64,000 nucleotides of DNA from Octopus bimaculoides (Eukaryota), in the NCBI RefSeq assembly GCF_001194135.2, contig NC_068982.1, positions 99,783,269 through 99,847,268 of the forward strand, given 5' to 3'. The translations under genes and the position numbers were made by a program. The notes under the pieces are model-generated. The model was not told the origin of the DNA, made no database searches, and worked only from the letters and a program-made list of their open reading frames with translations. Below are positions 13,916 through 26,413 of the stretch, one piece after another (position 1 is the first letter of the stretch; the number at the start of each line of letters is the position of its first letter).

Positions 13916-14930
13916 TGCATATGCCAACCAAATACAGGTGCACAAAATCTAATGTCTGAAGACATCTTAAAATCATAGAATCAGTAAATATGTCAACTGT
14001 AAGAAATAAGAGCAATACATTAACTAAAAATTCACTCCAGCCAAATTCAGTAGTCATTTTCTGTCACATGATTCACACTGCACTAATGAAAAGAATTAAT
14101 TGTATTTATTACAAGTTAATCTATGCTCAATGAAAGGTATTTCAGCTGTCACCATCTCACCATTTTAAAACTAGAGTGTAATTTGAGGGAGATAAAGTAG
14201 TTATTTCTGGTAGGTCTAAGGGTGACATACAGGCTACTTTATCAATTCATAATATTCAGTACATTAGACATGTGTTTCAACATGACACCACTGTAACATA
14301 TTTCTCAAATGTTGTAGTATAATAGGTTATATTTAATTTATTTAATGCTAAAGACAATGTTCTTTGAATTCATTTACTACCAAGATACACCAAAATTTTG
14401 AAGATTTATATAACAAACAATAATAAAGAAATTTCTGTAAACCCCATATTTTTTCTGAATATAGGCTCGTATAACATCAATGGTGATGTTAAGACAGAAA
14501 ATCTAAGGTAGAAGAGCATGTCCTACAGTGTTTCTAGGCCCTCTTAAGCTGAGAGGGAAGAGTCATAGAAGTAATTATTTGAGGTTAATGTACTACTTAA
14601 TGTTTGGGTTCAACTGAGATAGGGTGGTGGTTGGGGGATGGGAAATGAGTATGAGAATACTAGAATTAGGCAAAGTGTTTGGTATGAGGCTGAAGAAAAG
14701 GAAACAGCAATGAAGCATAAGAAGAATTTCAAACTTTAGTTGTTATTTCTAGCTTCTTAGAATCTAACAGCTGAGAAATAATTTTCTCCTGGATAGAATG
14801 TCAGTCTACCACAGGTAAAAACAAAATCCAGATGATCTGCTACTTATTTTAACAACTAGATGGATTGAAACAATGTAAAATAAAGTGCTTTACCCACAAA
14901 TACAAGATACCAGCAGGGGNNNNNNNNNNA

Positions 14931-15221
14931 CAATGGTTCCTGAAGTGAGCAGTATTGCCCCCTTGGTGACAGTGGAAAGACCCGGGGGGGGGGGTATTTA
15001 AGAAAAATGGGGCGATAATGGGCTGACCAAAATGAGGCAATGGATGTAAAAAAGACAAAGAAAATAAAGGGGCTAATTAGGTTAAGATTTATTTGTGAAA
15101 TACTGTTGCTTTGAATTTGCTGCAGAAAATTCTGTCTGTGATGGTGAGTGGTGGGGTGGGCACTAGGAATGTGGCCTTAGAATCAAGGGGGTGGCAGCCT
15201 GATAAAGTTTGGGAACCACTG
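14931..15221. mobile_element. hAT (Charlie-like) MITE
   Basis: Left CAATGGTTCCTGAAGT and right AGTTTGGGAACCACTG resemble a CAGTGGTTCCCAAACT TIR. Right flank CTCTATAA resembles the Charlie NTCTAGAN target; the left flank is a gap. Confidence 0.6.
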
Positions 15222-16840
15222 CTCTATAAGCAGACAGTCTTTATTCAAGCTTTTCTATGAATTTAGGTAAGAGATGTGTTGAACTGAATTCAAGCTTTAG
15301 AAGAGACAAGAGACAGACAGTTCAATGAGGGGATAAATGATTGCAAAATTGGTGAATGAAGGCTTTTCTACCTAGTAGCTAGTTATTTCAAGTGATATAG
15401 TTGAAAATGTGGGAGGAGATGAGTGGGCAAACCACAGCCCCAGGTATAGAGCTTGCTTACACATTTTTAAATGCTAACAGCTATTTGAAACAGAAATATT
15501 TCCTAGGCATGGAGAAGAAACATGCATGTGTGATGCCTTCATAGATATATGAAGTCATAAGAAATACATGAGTGTAAAGGGAACAGAATAAATTTTATAC
15601 GGTGTGGTGTGTTCCCTTGAGATAATATGGTCTGTTTACATGATGATAAGTTGATAATAACAGGAAGTATTAACAGTTTCTAGTCTACAATAAAACATCA
15701 ATGATACAGATGAACACACTTATTGGAGTTGGCTGTTCAAGCATGGAATTGCTATCACAGTAGTGTAATAGCTGTTCTCTAAGTGATTTATTTGGGTCAA
15801 AGTTTATAGAGATGGGCTTTTGAAATTACTTTTAAAATTTGTCTGTCTATTACACACGTACACACACACATATACACGTGTGTATGTGTGTGTGTGTGTG
15901 TGCACGCGCACATGCACACATACAAAGTAGTAAAAACAGTATCACCATTTGTATTCATATGACAGCTTTTCCATACTTGCTTTGGTTTGACAGGTTTTCT
16001 CTATCACAGAATCCTGCCACTTGTTATGATTCTTTGTCATTTACTCCATAAGGTTCAATCTCATGAGATCAGTTTTCCCCTTTTCTACCTATGTTTTCCT
16101 TGGTCTTCTTCTTCTGCAGGTTCCTTCCATTTGGATCACTCAGCACTTCTTACTCAACTACTGTCTACCATATGCTTGTGTTAGTGTTCTGATATATGAC
16201 CTTTAGCAAATGACAAGACTGGCTTTTGAAAGTGTAAATGTGACCGCAGTCAGTGCATGTGAAATTATCTCCTGATCTTCTACCATAGACTTTCAACTGC
16301 CTGCAGGTTTCAGGTATTACATTTCACTATTTGACAGACAATCGAATCTTGTATTTTTTTCTCAAAATACATGCTGATCTTAATTACAGACTACCATTCA
16401 CTTCTCTTCAATGGTTCAAGGACATAAGGTTATCTTTTGTGATGCTGTGAAAACTCTCTTTTAGGGTTTGTGCTGGGGACACTGACCAACTAATTTGCCA
16501 TAAAGTAATTACTTTGGAAGTCTGAAATTATCCAGATGGATGGCAGGAACAATCCTTTACATATGTTATTTGATAAGCCAGCTTCCACATGTATACACAC
16601 ACACACACACATATGTACACACTCAAAGACACACACATAAGGCAGTGAACTGACAGAATCGTTGACACATCATACAAAACATTAGCTGCATTTCTTCCAA
16701 TTCTTTATGTACTGAGCTCAAATCCCACCAGGGTCCTTTGTCTTCCGTCCGTTTGGGGTCAGTAAAATAAAGTACCAGTTTAGCATTGGGTCAGTGTAAC
16801 CAACTTACTCCTTTCCCCTAAAACTGCTGGCCTTGTGTCA

Positions 16841-17010
16841 GCATGGCTGTGTGGTAAGAAGCTTGCTTCCCAACTACATGGTTCCAGGTTCAGTCCCACT
16901 GTGTGGTACCTTAGGCAAGTGTTTTCTACTATAGCCTCAAGCTGACCAAAACCTTGTGAGTAGATTTGGTAGATGGAAACTGAGAGAAGCCCGTCATATA
17001 TGTGTGTGTT
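16841..17010 (+). mobile_element. tRNA-derived SINE (family C)
   Basis: GCATGGCTGTGTGGTAAGAAGCTTGCTTCCCAACTACATGGTTCCAGGTTCAGTCCC...TTGTGAGTAGATTTGGTAGATGGAAACTGA; inverted copies at ~40 kb and 63.7 kb. Confidence 0.8.
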
Positions 17011-18869
17011 TGTCTTTACGTCTGTCACCCCACTACTGGCAGTGGTGTGATAATGTCCATGTAAATTAGTGGTTTGGTATAAGAGAGACCACCGCCCATT
17101 AGGGTCTGAAGAAACACCATAAAGCTAAGTGCTCTATGGATGTGAAACCCAGGATAATTCCATAAACCAGCCACAGCCGTCTTTATCTAATTACTCCACT
17201 GATCTATAACTTAGAGTGTACTTCCCTTTCAGGATTTATGATTTACTGATATAAAACACACACTTGTGTCTGTGCACACATGTATATGTGGATGAACGCT
17301 AATAAAGCATTGTGATGGTGGGAATATCTTTGATATGAACAGGCCTGAGAGAGTGTTGGGTCATATAGATAGGAAGAGGGTGAAAGTAAGGAAATCTGGG
17401 AGGAGGGGAAAATGATGATGATGATGATGATGATGATGGCAGAGAAAGTAGGGTCACAAGGGGTTAGTGAGAGAGGGAAGAGGGAAAACAGAAGCAACTT
17501 GTTTAGAAATCTTGGAAGTAGACTTAGGAAGTATCCACTTCAACAGCAATGGAATATAAAATAAAAAATATGCCTAAACAAAAACAAAAAATACAACTTG
17601 ATATCTCTCACTCTCATTTTTACCCACTCCACACAGTTCACTAACTGGGAAGGCCTATTTTTGTTCTTATTTTGTTTATTTATCCGTTTATGTTTGTTTG
17701 TTTTTTACAACAACCACAACTATAACCAGCCAGACAAAATGTAAAATGCTCAGAACAAATAGCTATAGTTTTACTTAATAAGTTTCATCATACACACACA
17801 CAAGAGCACACACACACGCACACACACACGCACACACACACGAGAGTGTGTGTGTGTGCACACTACTACTATACACACACACACACTACTATGCACACTA
17901 CTACTATACACACACACATGAAGCATATTAAGTAAAACTATAGTTATTTGTTTGAGTACTTTGCATTTTGTCTGGCTACTAGTAGTAGTAGTAGAAGTAG
18001 TAGTCGTAGTAGTAATTGTGGTTATTGTTGTTGTTGTTGCTGCAGTGTTATCACCACCACCATCGCAACAACAAATGACCTACTTCAAGCAAAACATAAT
18101 TGTAACATTCTCCCTACTACCTACTACAACTTTCTTCACAGACTCAGTAGAGAATGCAACGAAGAAAATAGTTTCAGAACCAAACAGAATAATCTGTAAT
18201 TTTTATTAAAAATCGTCACTGGATTGTAATGGAACAAAATGGAATTTTGCAAGAAACCTTACAACTCTTATAGTGTTATATTTTCTATCTGAATGTCTAG
18301 GTTTATTTCTTTTTGTTTGCTTTCTTTTTCATTTCATTTGTCTTTTTTTTAGTTGTTTTTATGGTCCAAGTTTAAAAAAAAAAAAAAAAAAGTGTTGTTG
18401 TTAAGTAGTTCTCAATCCTCTCATCTTCAGCTCTCCTAGATCAAGCAGAACTATGGTCTAAAAGAAGGTTGATGATGCTTCTATCTGTTGTTATCTAGTC
18501 TTTGTTTTGAGATATGCTATCTTAAGAGTTAGAATTTAATAAAACAGGTGTCAGCTACAAAGCTTATTGGAAGATTTTTAATGAATACTTACTTAGAAAC
18601 GAGATCAATAAACCACAATGTAAAAAAAAAAAAACTCCTTTGTTAACTTTCTTAATATTATAACGACTGTTAAATATCTTACAATGCCAAATACTTCAAT
18701 GTTTTGACTGAGAATTCTTCATTCAACAGACCATATTTCTCTGTCTATACTGTACACTGCAATAAAGCATCTAAATTATTATCTCAACAACAATACTGAT
18801 CATGTAAGATTGGCATTACTAAATACGAGTTTTAGATCACGAAACTAGTGTGCTGAGATAGATGAAAGC

Positions 18870-19255
18870 TTCAGGGAGCTTCTGTGAGTGCACAAACATG
18901 CTAGAAATAGCAACCAAATCACTCTAAAATCATAACATAGTATAATAAAAAAAAAAAGAACCAACTGGATAACATAATCCTAGATGGCCTGAGATGGCCA
19001 CCGTTTCAATTATAGATCTGCTTAATCATGGTTGACTTGAGATCAAATTATGACCATTAAGTTAGACAAGTAAAATCTACATTGCTTACTAATTTATATC
19101 TGCTTTTAGAGTGCTCACAGATACAATCAGGCTATCTAGATTATGTTATCCAATATGTCCTTTTTTTGTATATCAGATTGTAACTTTAGAGCGATTTGGC
19201 TGCTATTTCTAGCATATTGTGCAACCACAGAGAGGGTCTCCTGAAACTCTCATGT
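18870..19255. repeat. Two opposed copies of an abundant degenerate interspersed repeat (family E); other copies at ~9460, 22480, 25215, 28240, 32990, 41870, 45900, 51350, 52750, 59690 and 61040
   Basis: Core GATTTGGCTGCTATTTCTAGCA at 19193-19214 and its reverse complement at 18899-18920, recurring throughout the window. Confidence 0.7.
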
Positions 19256-19530
19256 GTTTGCGGTATCCATTGTCTAGATTGGAAAACAGTAAATGCCAGA
19301 AAAATATTTTATGGTATTTGGTTACATTCTAAATTAAAATTCCACCAATAATGGCAAAGGTCTAAACTACTGATATCTTCAGTGTCCATAAAATACATTG
19401 CAACTATGAGATATATTCCATAAGCTTTGATCCAGTTTTAACTTTGAATGAATGATAGATAAATTTGACCTTAGTGTGGGGAGACACGAACCTAATGCTT
19501 GACAATTTCTGTCATTCTCCTGTCTTGTGA

Positions 19531-19747
19531 TAATGGTTTCAAATGTTAGCACAGGGCCAACAATTTTAGATGAAGGGGTAAGTCAATTACATCAACCCCA
19601 GTGCTCAACTGGTACTTACTTTACCAACCCTGAAAGGATGAAAAGCAGAGTTGATCTCAGTGGAATTTGAACTCAGAACATAAAGAACCAGAAGAAATTC
19701 TGCTAAGCATTTTGCCCAACACACAAGTCTGCCAGCTCACTACCTTA
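19531..19747 (-). mobile_element. Family A SINE
   Basis: Reverse complement of the family A consensus inferred from other copies. Confidence 0.85.
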
Positions 19748-19922
19748 ATGGTAAGGATAGTATTGATGATCACAGAGATAGGGTTAGGTACTTGAAAGTA
19801 TACTTACTATAAATATATTGGGAATATCTAAATGGATAAGCTAACAAACTCAAAGTTTATAACTTACGTTATGGTTCATTATTTACATTTGACGGATATT
19901 TGTCCTCATCTTGTTTGTTGTT

Positions 19923-19965
19923 AACACGTTTCGGCTGATATACCTTCCAGCCTTCATCAGGTGTC
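19923..19965 (-). ncRNA. Minimal type I hammerhead ribozyme motif (degenerate at the cleavage site)
   Basis: Reverse complement reads GACAC-CTGATGA-A-GGCTGG(aaggtata)TCAGCC-GAAAC-GTGTT; the same core as the other arm. Confidence 0.7.
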
Positions 19966-20034
19966 TTGGGGAAATTTCAAACCTGGGCTCTCATTCCTAA
20001 GGTATTTTTCGATGTTATTATTATTATTATTATT

Positions 20035-20100
20035 CAGGTCACTGCCTGGAATTGAACTCGGAATCTGAGGTTAGTAGCCCATGCTCTTAACCACTACGCC

Positions 20101-20103
<3 letters not shown>
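20035..20103 (-). promoter_or_regulatory. tRNA-derived internal Pol III promoter (A box 20091-20101, B box 20048-20059)
   Basis: Minus strand reads ATATGGCGTAGTGGTTAAGAGCATGGGCTACTAACCTCAGATTCCGAGTTCAATTCCAGGCAGTGACCTGA, with an anticodon-like loop CTACTAA but no complete acceptor stem. Confidence 0.75.
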
Positions 20104-20150
<47 letters not shown>

Positions 20151-20197
20151 TTGAAAAATACCTTAGGAATGAGAACCCAGGTTCGAAATTTCTCCAA

Positions 20198-20242
20198 GAC
20201 ACCTGATGAAGGCTGGAGGGTGTATCAGCCGAAACTTGTGTT
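20198..20242 (+). ncRNA. Minimal type I hammerhead ribozyme motif (degenerate at stem III)
   Basis: GACAC-CTGATGA-A-GGCTGG(agggtgta)TCAGCC-GAAAC-TT-GTGTT: conserved CUGAUGA and GAAA core, stem II GGCTG/CAGCC, stem I GACAC/GTGTT. Confidence 0.7.
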
Positions 20243-21116
20243 AACAACAAACAAGATGAAGACAAATATCCGTAAAATGTAAATAATGTACATAATTCTT
20301 CATCTCTCAAATATAGAACTGTAGGTTATGGTTGTAAGGTTGTACCCAACAAGAAGCATTGTAATGCAAAGTATGGTATTTAACTCTTTTTGGTCTGGAG
20401 TCAATCTAAAGCCATACACATGATATAGCCAAGTGAACAGGTCTAGATCAACATTTCAACTTGTTCTGATAAATGGTGTGTGTTTTTGAGTGTGTAAATG
20501 AAAATGCTGCATATACTATCAGAGAAAATCTGTGAATTACATAATCTTATAGGAAAAATATCCGAAACACACCCAACCAGTACGACAAAATAAGGTTAAT
20601 AAACTTGTATGTATCTATGATTGTATAAAAGACACTAAGTAATAAACTGGGAAAACAGATAATTTAGTAAAAGAAAGAGTAAAAATTAAATTATTAAAAA
20701 AGAATAGAAAAACAACAACAGCACAAGAGAAGAACAAACAACAATAAGTAAGAAAGAAAAGCTGATTTAAAAAGAATGTTAATTTGATAAACTGTTTAAA
20801 ACAAAAAAAAAACTAGTAAAGTGATGTTTAAATGTCAGCCTGAAGTGTTACTTGTTGATGATGAAATTTCATGGAAGTGACATTTACACAGCTGTGTTGT
20901 TGTTACACATTAGATTCAGATAGTAAAGGAGCACAAACACTGACACACAAACATAGTTACAATGTGACAAACAAAGTAAAATAATCATGAATATGTAAGT
21001 AAAAAAAAAAAAATCAGAAAATTGTGTTGTTGTTGTTGGTAATAATTTTGATTTTGTCGTTGTTTTCCATAGTTTTGATTCAATGATTGTACATACATAC
21101 ATACATACATACATAT

Positions 21117-21147
<31 letters not shown>

Positions 21148-21287
21148 AATATATAGGTTAATAGAGAGGGAGAGAATGAGCTGGAGAAGGAGTACTCAAT
21201 ACAAACATAGAATGTTGTGGTTTATTTAAGCAAGCCCACAGTGAGCATCCACTTCTTCAGAAAAGCCAGACTTACCAATATAATATA

Positions 21288-21319
<32 letters not shown>

Positions 21320-21577
21320 NNNNNNNNNNNNNNNNNNNNNNNNNNNNNNNNNNNNNNNNNNNNNNNNNNNNNNNNNNNNNNNNNNNNNNNNNNNNNNNNN
21401 NNNNNNNNNNNNNNNNNNNNNNNNNNNNNNNNNNNNNNNNNNNNNNNNNNNNNNNNNNNNNNNNNNNNNNNNNNNNNNNNNNNNNNNNNNNNNNNNNNNN
21501 NNNNNNNNNNNNNNNNNNNNNNNNNNNNNNNNNNNNNNNNNNNNNNNNNNNNNNNNNNNNNNNNNNNNNNNNNNNNN

Positions 21578-21619
<42 letters not shown>

Positions 21620-23473
21620 CTAAAGCTAACACAACACAACAATTCTGTAAATAACACCACACTTCTTAAGTATAGATGTAAATGTATTTATGTATGTATA
21701 AGGATTTTTAGGAGGGGAGGGGATGAGTCTTTACAGGAAAAAACATTTGATAATTTTGATGGCATTGTAATTAGGGAGTTACTGTTGGTTTTTTTTTTTT
21801 TATATATCAAAGTTACATTACAAGATATTCCTTTCTCAAGAAAACTCTTACATCTCTTCACTATCTTCACTACCATCATGATGATTATCATCATCATAAT
21901 TCTTGCTACAACGAACACCAAACCTTGAAGGCAGCTAGTTTAATTAAAATGTACAGTTAGGGGAATAGGACTAGGTAGGTGGAAGAAATACCAAACATCA
22001 AGCGGTGTTTCAGGTATGTAGGACATAACTGTTTATTTCAACATCCTTCTGGTTTTATCTAGGATATATGTAAATCAAAAACATAAACAAACAGGTTTCA
22101 AAAAACAAACAAACAAACTGATAAGTAAAATAAATACAAGCAGGTATCAAATGTTTGTAATTTCTACTTGGCTATGAGCAGTCCTCCCTACGATTAACTG
22201 GTTTCAGAGGAAAGTGAAGGGGAAGTTGTGGTGCTTATGCCTTTCGTAAAGGTGTTGATGAAACAAGTAATTTGATGCAAATTAGTTACAACTGGAAACT
22301 GAAACCAAGTTGTAGATTTTGGTTGACTAAGAATTTCATTTCTAAACTGCAGCATCTTCCACAATTAGGATAAGTAATTAAAAGAAATTATATAACAGGT
22401 ATAATTACCAAGCTCTAATAAAGTTTAATCCAGTCTTGTGTTTGATTAAAGCACTATGCTAACAAACATCAACCATATATTGTTTGTTGTTCTGGTAGTA
22501 CAACCCCAAGGCCAATCCTGATTAACAAGACATACGATTCAAGGCAATTCAGCCATGACTATTCCATCTTTTCCTGGTCAGGTACATGTCCAATGTCTCC
22601 TTCCATTTTTAAAATAGCAGGGTGTCTTTTGAAGAAGATTTGGCCACCTTGTCTACTATGTTGAGCAATCATACAGTGGTTCCTTTGTAGGTCCGGCTCT
22701 CTCATTTGCTACCTACACATCATAGGTTGGCTTCAGCAGGGCTGAATATAATGACTATCAATCATTATACTATATCCACCAATCAATCTCAAGACAACAA
22801 CCAAACATTCAGATATAAATGACGACCACTGGCATATCAGTCCAGTAACTTAACCATTATGCTATTATAAATTTATACACAACTTAAGAGGAATTATCTT
22901 TAAAAATATTAATATCACTGGAAATTAGTTTAGTTTCCAATTCCTGGTTAAAATAGTTTCATCTCATCTTTTTTTGTTATTGTTGCGATGGCCACAATAG
23001 TTCATTCAATGTTGTAAGTCAAGTTGAAGTAGCAGAATAGCTTCAACATGAATTCACTTGAGATTTGAAACTTCTAGAGAGAAAATGACCACGAGGACTA
23101 TGCTCTAGGTAAGTTTGATAGAGCAAGTTGTACTCCAATTTGGAACAAGGTCCCATATCAATGCTCTGTTTAATCTTTTTCAATCCTTACTACAAGGCAG
23201 CTTAACTCGATATTTAAAGAATGACGGAGGGAAAACTAACCTGCAACTTCTCAATGTCAGCCCTTCATTTAAAGCTTCATTTACAACTTAAAAATCATGA
23301 CTACTGCTAAAATTCTCAGCAAACAATGTCTGCAACACAATTTCACTTGGAACCATTTGGCTTAAGTATATTACACTTTCAAGAAATGTATAAACTTTAC
23401 AGCTTCTCAGATTCAGTCAATAAGTCTGAAGCTACATAGCTAGTTTAGAAATCTTTATTACAGTTATTATTAC

Positions 23474-23613
23474 TTTCTGAGTGGTTGGCGTTAGGAAGGG
23501 CATCCAGCTGTAGAAACTCTGCCAAATTAGATTGGAGCCTGGTGTAGCCATCCGGTTGCACCAGTCCTCAGTCAAATCGTCCAACCCATGCTAGCATGGA
23601 AAGCGGACGTTAA

Positions 23614-23645
<32 letters not shown>
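23474..23645 (+). mobile_element. Young SINE-like repeat with (GAT)n tail (family B in this report)
   Basis: Ends CATGCTAGCATGGAAAGCGGACGTTAAA(TGA)n; near-identical inverted copy at 39088-39222. Confidence 0.85.
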
Positions 23646-23646
<1 letters not shown>

Positions 23647-24423
23647 ACTAAGGAAACAGATCAGCAGAATTGCTAGAACACCAGACAAAATACTTTGTGG
23701 CATTCCAGCCCTTTATGTTGTAGCAAATTCAAAACTGATTCAACAAATAACCAAGTTAAAATCATGGCTTAGTAACAACCTTTTTATGTGATCGGCCAAA
23801 TTATGGACCAATCAGCACTGAGAATCACATGATGCAACTTTCTTGAATCTTCTAGAACATCCCCTAACAAGGCATATAAATAGGCATGCTTGGAAGCTAA
23901 ATTTCAGTTTGTGGGTAATTGCAGCTAAACTAACCACATTCTCATTTTGCAGCATTTAACAGTAATGACTCCTTTGCATATGCAGGGGCTACAGTTTTGC
24001 AATCATGAATGCAGCATGGTATTTTCTCCTATTGTGACAGCTTATTTACAGAGCCAACTTAACCAACTATTTTGTAATAACTACAGAATTGTCATTTCCA
24101 GGGTAAAAACTTTGTTGCTGCATTTTTAATGCAAGACCAACATATGTAGTGAATAAAATTCTGTTAATTATTCACTGGTGTTTTACATTCATTATACACA
24201 ACCTGAACCCAACTCAACCACCACCTGGTAACCACACCTTGTAACAATGTCTTCAGGGTAAACTCTGCCAAGGTTGACTTTGCTTTTTATCAAAGTTTTT
24301 TGGGAGCTGATAAAATAAAGTATCAGTCAAGTACTGGAGTCAATGTAATAGACAAACCCTCTTCTCCTAAATTTCTGGCATTGTACCTATATTAGAAACA
24401 ATTATTACTTTATCCATATGATA

Positions 24424-24769
24424 AGTAAAAGTAAAGACCCTTTTTGGTCATGATAGACCATAGGATTGCACCTAGAAAGTTTCCCTCCAAGGCATAAGTC
24501 CAAGTAAGGTTGTTTATGGAAGACTAGTAGTCACCCATGCATACCAGCCTCCCACTCTCCACACAACCAATGTTATTCAAGAGAAAGGCAAAGACCAATA
24601 CAGCTTGGCACCAGTGATGTCACAACTTATTTCTACAGCTGAGTGAACTAGAGCAATGTGAAATAAAGTGTCTTGTTCAAGAACACAACACACAACCCAG
24701 TTCAGGAATCAAACTCACAACCTTATGATTGAGAGTGCGACGATCTAACCACTGAGTCATGTACCTTCA
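24424..24769 (-). mobile_element. tRNA-derived SINE (family D); partial copy at ~42325-42478
   Basis: Shared CTGAGTG..CT.GAGCAATGT.AAAT.AA.TG..TTG.TCAAGAACACAA...CAGGAAT..AAC...TAACCACT. Confidence 0.7.
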
Positions 24770-26357
24770 GTGCATATGATGATTAATATCTCTATATTAC
24801 TACAATACCTCAATACTAATGTCTTGCAAATAGGCAGAATGCAACATCCTGCTAACTCCTTTCACCATCTTCAGAAATCAAACCTAAATTAGAAATCATT
24901 GTTCACACTTTTAATAACTCTAGACTAAAACTTTTCAGAAGGGCTTGAACATCACAACAATCTTTTATGTCAATAAATAGAACCTCAGGTTCCATGTTTA
25001 TGTAAATAACAATAATTATTAACAATAACTGCTCTTATTATCCTCATCATGTTATTGAATAACTTTTGTTAGTTTTTCAATAATAGTAACAAAAGGGTAT
25101 TCACAAGAAGATTCAATTAGCTGGCTGACAGATTAAGCTAGAGGTAGTGTCCATTTTACTAAATATATCCTCTCCTAAGAGGATATATTTAGTAATATTA
25201 CTTTTATGACAACATAGTTGTTGTTGTTTAGCCCAAGGTTAACCTATATGAGCTGACTTACAATCAAAAGCATTCCAACTGTAATGTAACCATTCCATTG
25301 TTTTAGGAGTATATTGGGCAAGACAGTAGAATGTGATTTGAGGGAGATTTAGCAGCTATTTGGAGCAGATCAACTAATCATGTAGAAACTTCCTTGTTTG
25401 CTAAGTTTCTGTATAACCAGTGTAGTTATGTAGAAGCTTTGGGGAGGAACATAAGTATTTAAAACATTTTGCCATTCCAGAACAGCATTCATTTGACCTT
25501 CATTGATAGTAGCTTTATGAAGTCATACTCTAAAATATAAAATGTGTGTGTGTGTTTGAAATGCTACTTGTCTACTTACACTAAATAACAGTATGGCCTT
25601 TGTTTAGGAATATCAGACAGGAATACAAAAGAGAAAATACAACAGTTTGACTATTTATTTGTTCCACCCATCTATCCTGATAAAAACATTTTCCTTTTTG
25701 CTCAAATTTTCACAAGACCGCATTAAATAATTTGACATGGCTGTCTCTAAATCAAGGGGGACAAGGTAGCTGGCTTGATATAGAATGGCAAATATCACTC
25801 AGACAGTCCACTTGGTGACTGATCTGTCCCTACCACCACACCACACCACAAAACACTGTGGCATAATGATTTCTTTTACATAAGCATGAATCTTGATTTA
25901 TAGAGCAAGGGTAAACTGGATTTGAAACATTTCTACTATTCCAAAGGACTTTAACAACATATATATATCAACTTTGGTTGGTAATAACATAGCCATGTAA
26001 TTAGATACCTGTCACAACTAAGGATTTCTTTAATAGCTATAGCTGCCTCAGATTCATAAATTTTGAGAAAGTAAGAAGTCATGAGCTTTAATAATTTAAG
26101 TGAAATGGTTCCAAATGGAAATTAAGTGACAGACTTAATTACCAAAAATCTTAGTACCACAAAGCTATTTAACAATGGTATTTTAAAGTTATAGCATAAC
26201 CCTTTTCCTATTTGGTATTATATATAAAAAAAAAAATTAATGGAATATCAAATGCACTTTAATAATAAGAAGAAAAAAAGACTAAAGGACATAAAAAGGT
26301 GGGGGAACACATTGAGTGCACAGTGCAACACCAACTGTAATGAGTTCAGATTCATAC

Positions 26358-26413
26358 CTGTCTGTCTGAAGTGTAAGCTTCATCATCACTATGGTCAGTT
26401 GTAGAATTTGGAC
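26358..26413 (-). CDS. Small internal coding exon (56 nt, phase 1-0): xPNSTTDHSDDEAYTSDRQ
   Basis: Very strong acceptor cttattcttttactgcttttgtttttag|GT and donor CAG|gtatga. Its phases bridge the 54 kb exon (ends phase 1) and the 10.9 kb exon (phase 0). Confidence 0.8.

Larger units (their letters stand above)
19877..20324 (-). mobile_element. Non-autonomous retroelement: tRNA-like Pol III head between two inverted ~140-bp hammerhead-bearing arms (Penelope-like pLTR architecture)
   Basis: Arms 19877-20016 and 20147-20288 are inverted copies (8 substitutions plus a 2-nt indel by eye). The centre 20035-20103 carries A box TGGCGTAGTGG and B box GAGTTCAATTCC on the minus strand, with (AAT)n spacers on both sides. 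GTTATGGTT direct repeat at 19868-19876 and 20325-20333. Confidence 0.8.

Noticed and set aside
13551-14057. ORFs rich in THTH/CVCV/ERER/YIYI (also at 7.7, 37.0, 57.0 and 59.0 kb)
   Set aside because: These are translations of dinucleotide microsatellites.
20035-20103. Possible tRNA gene
   Set aside because: It has A and B boxes and an anticodon-like loop but no complete acceptor stem, so it is treated as a SINE head.
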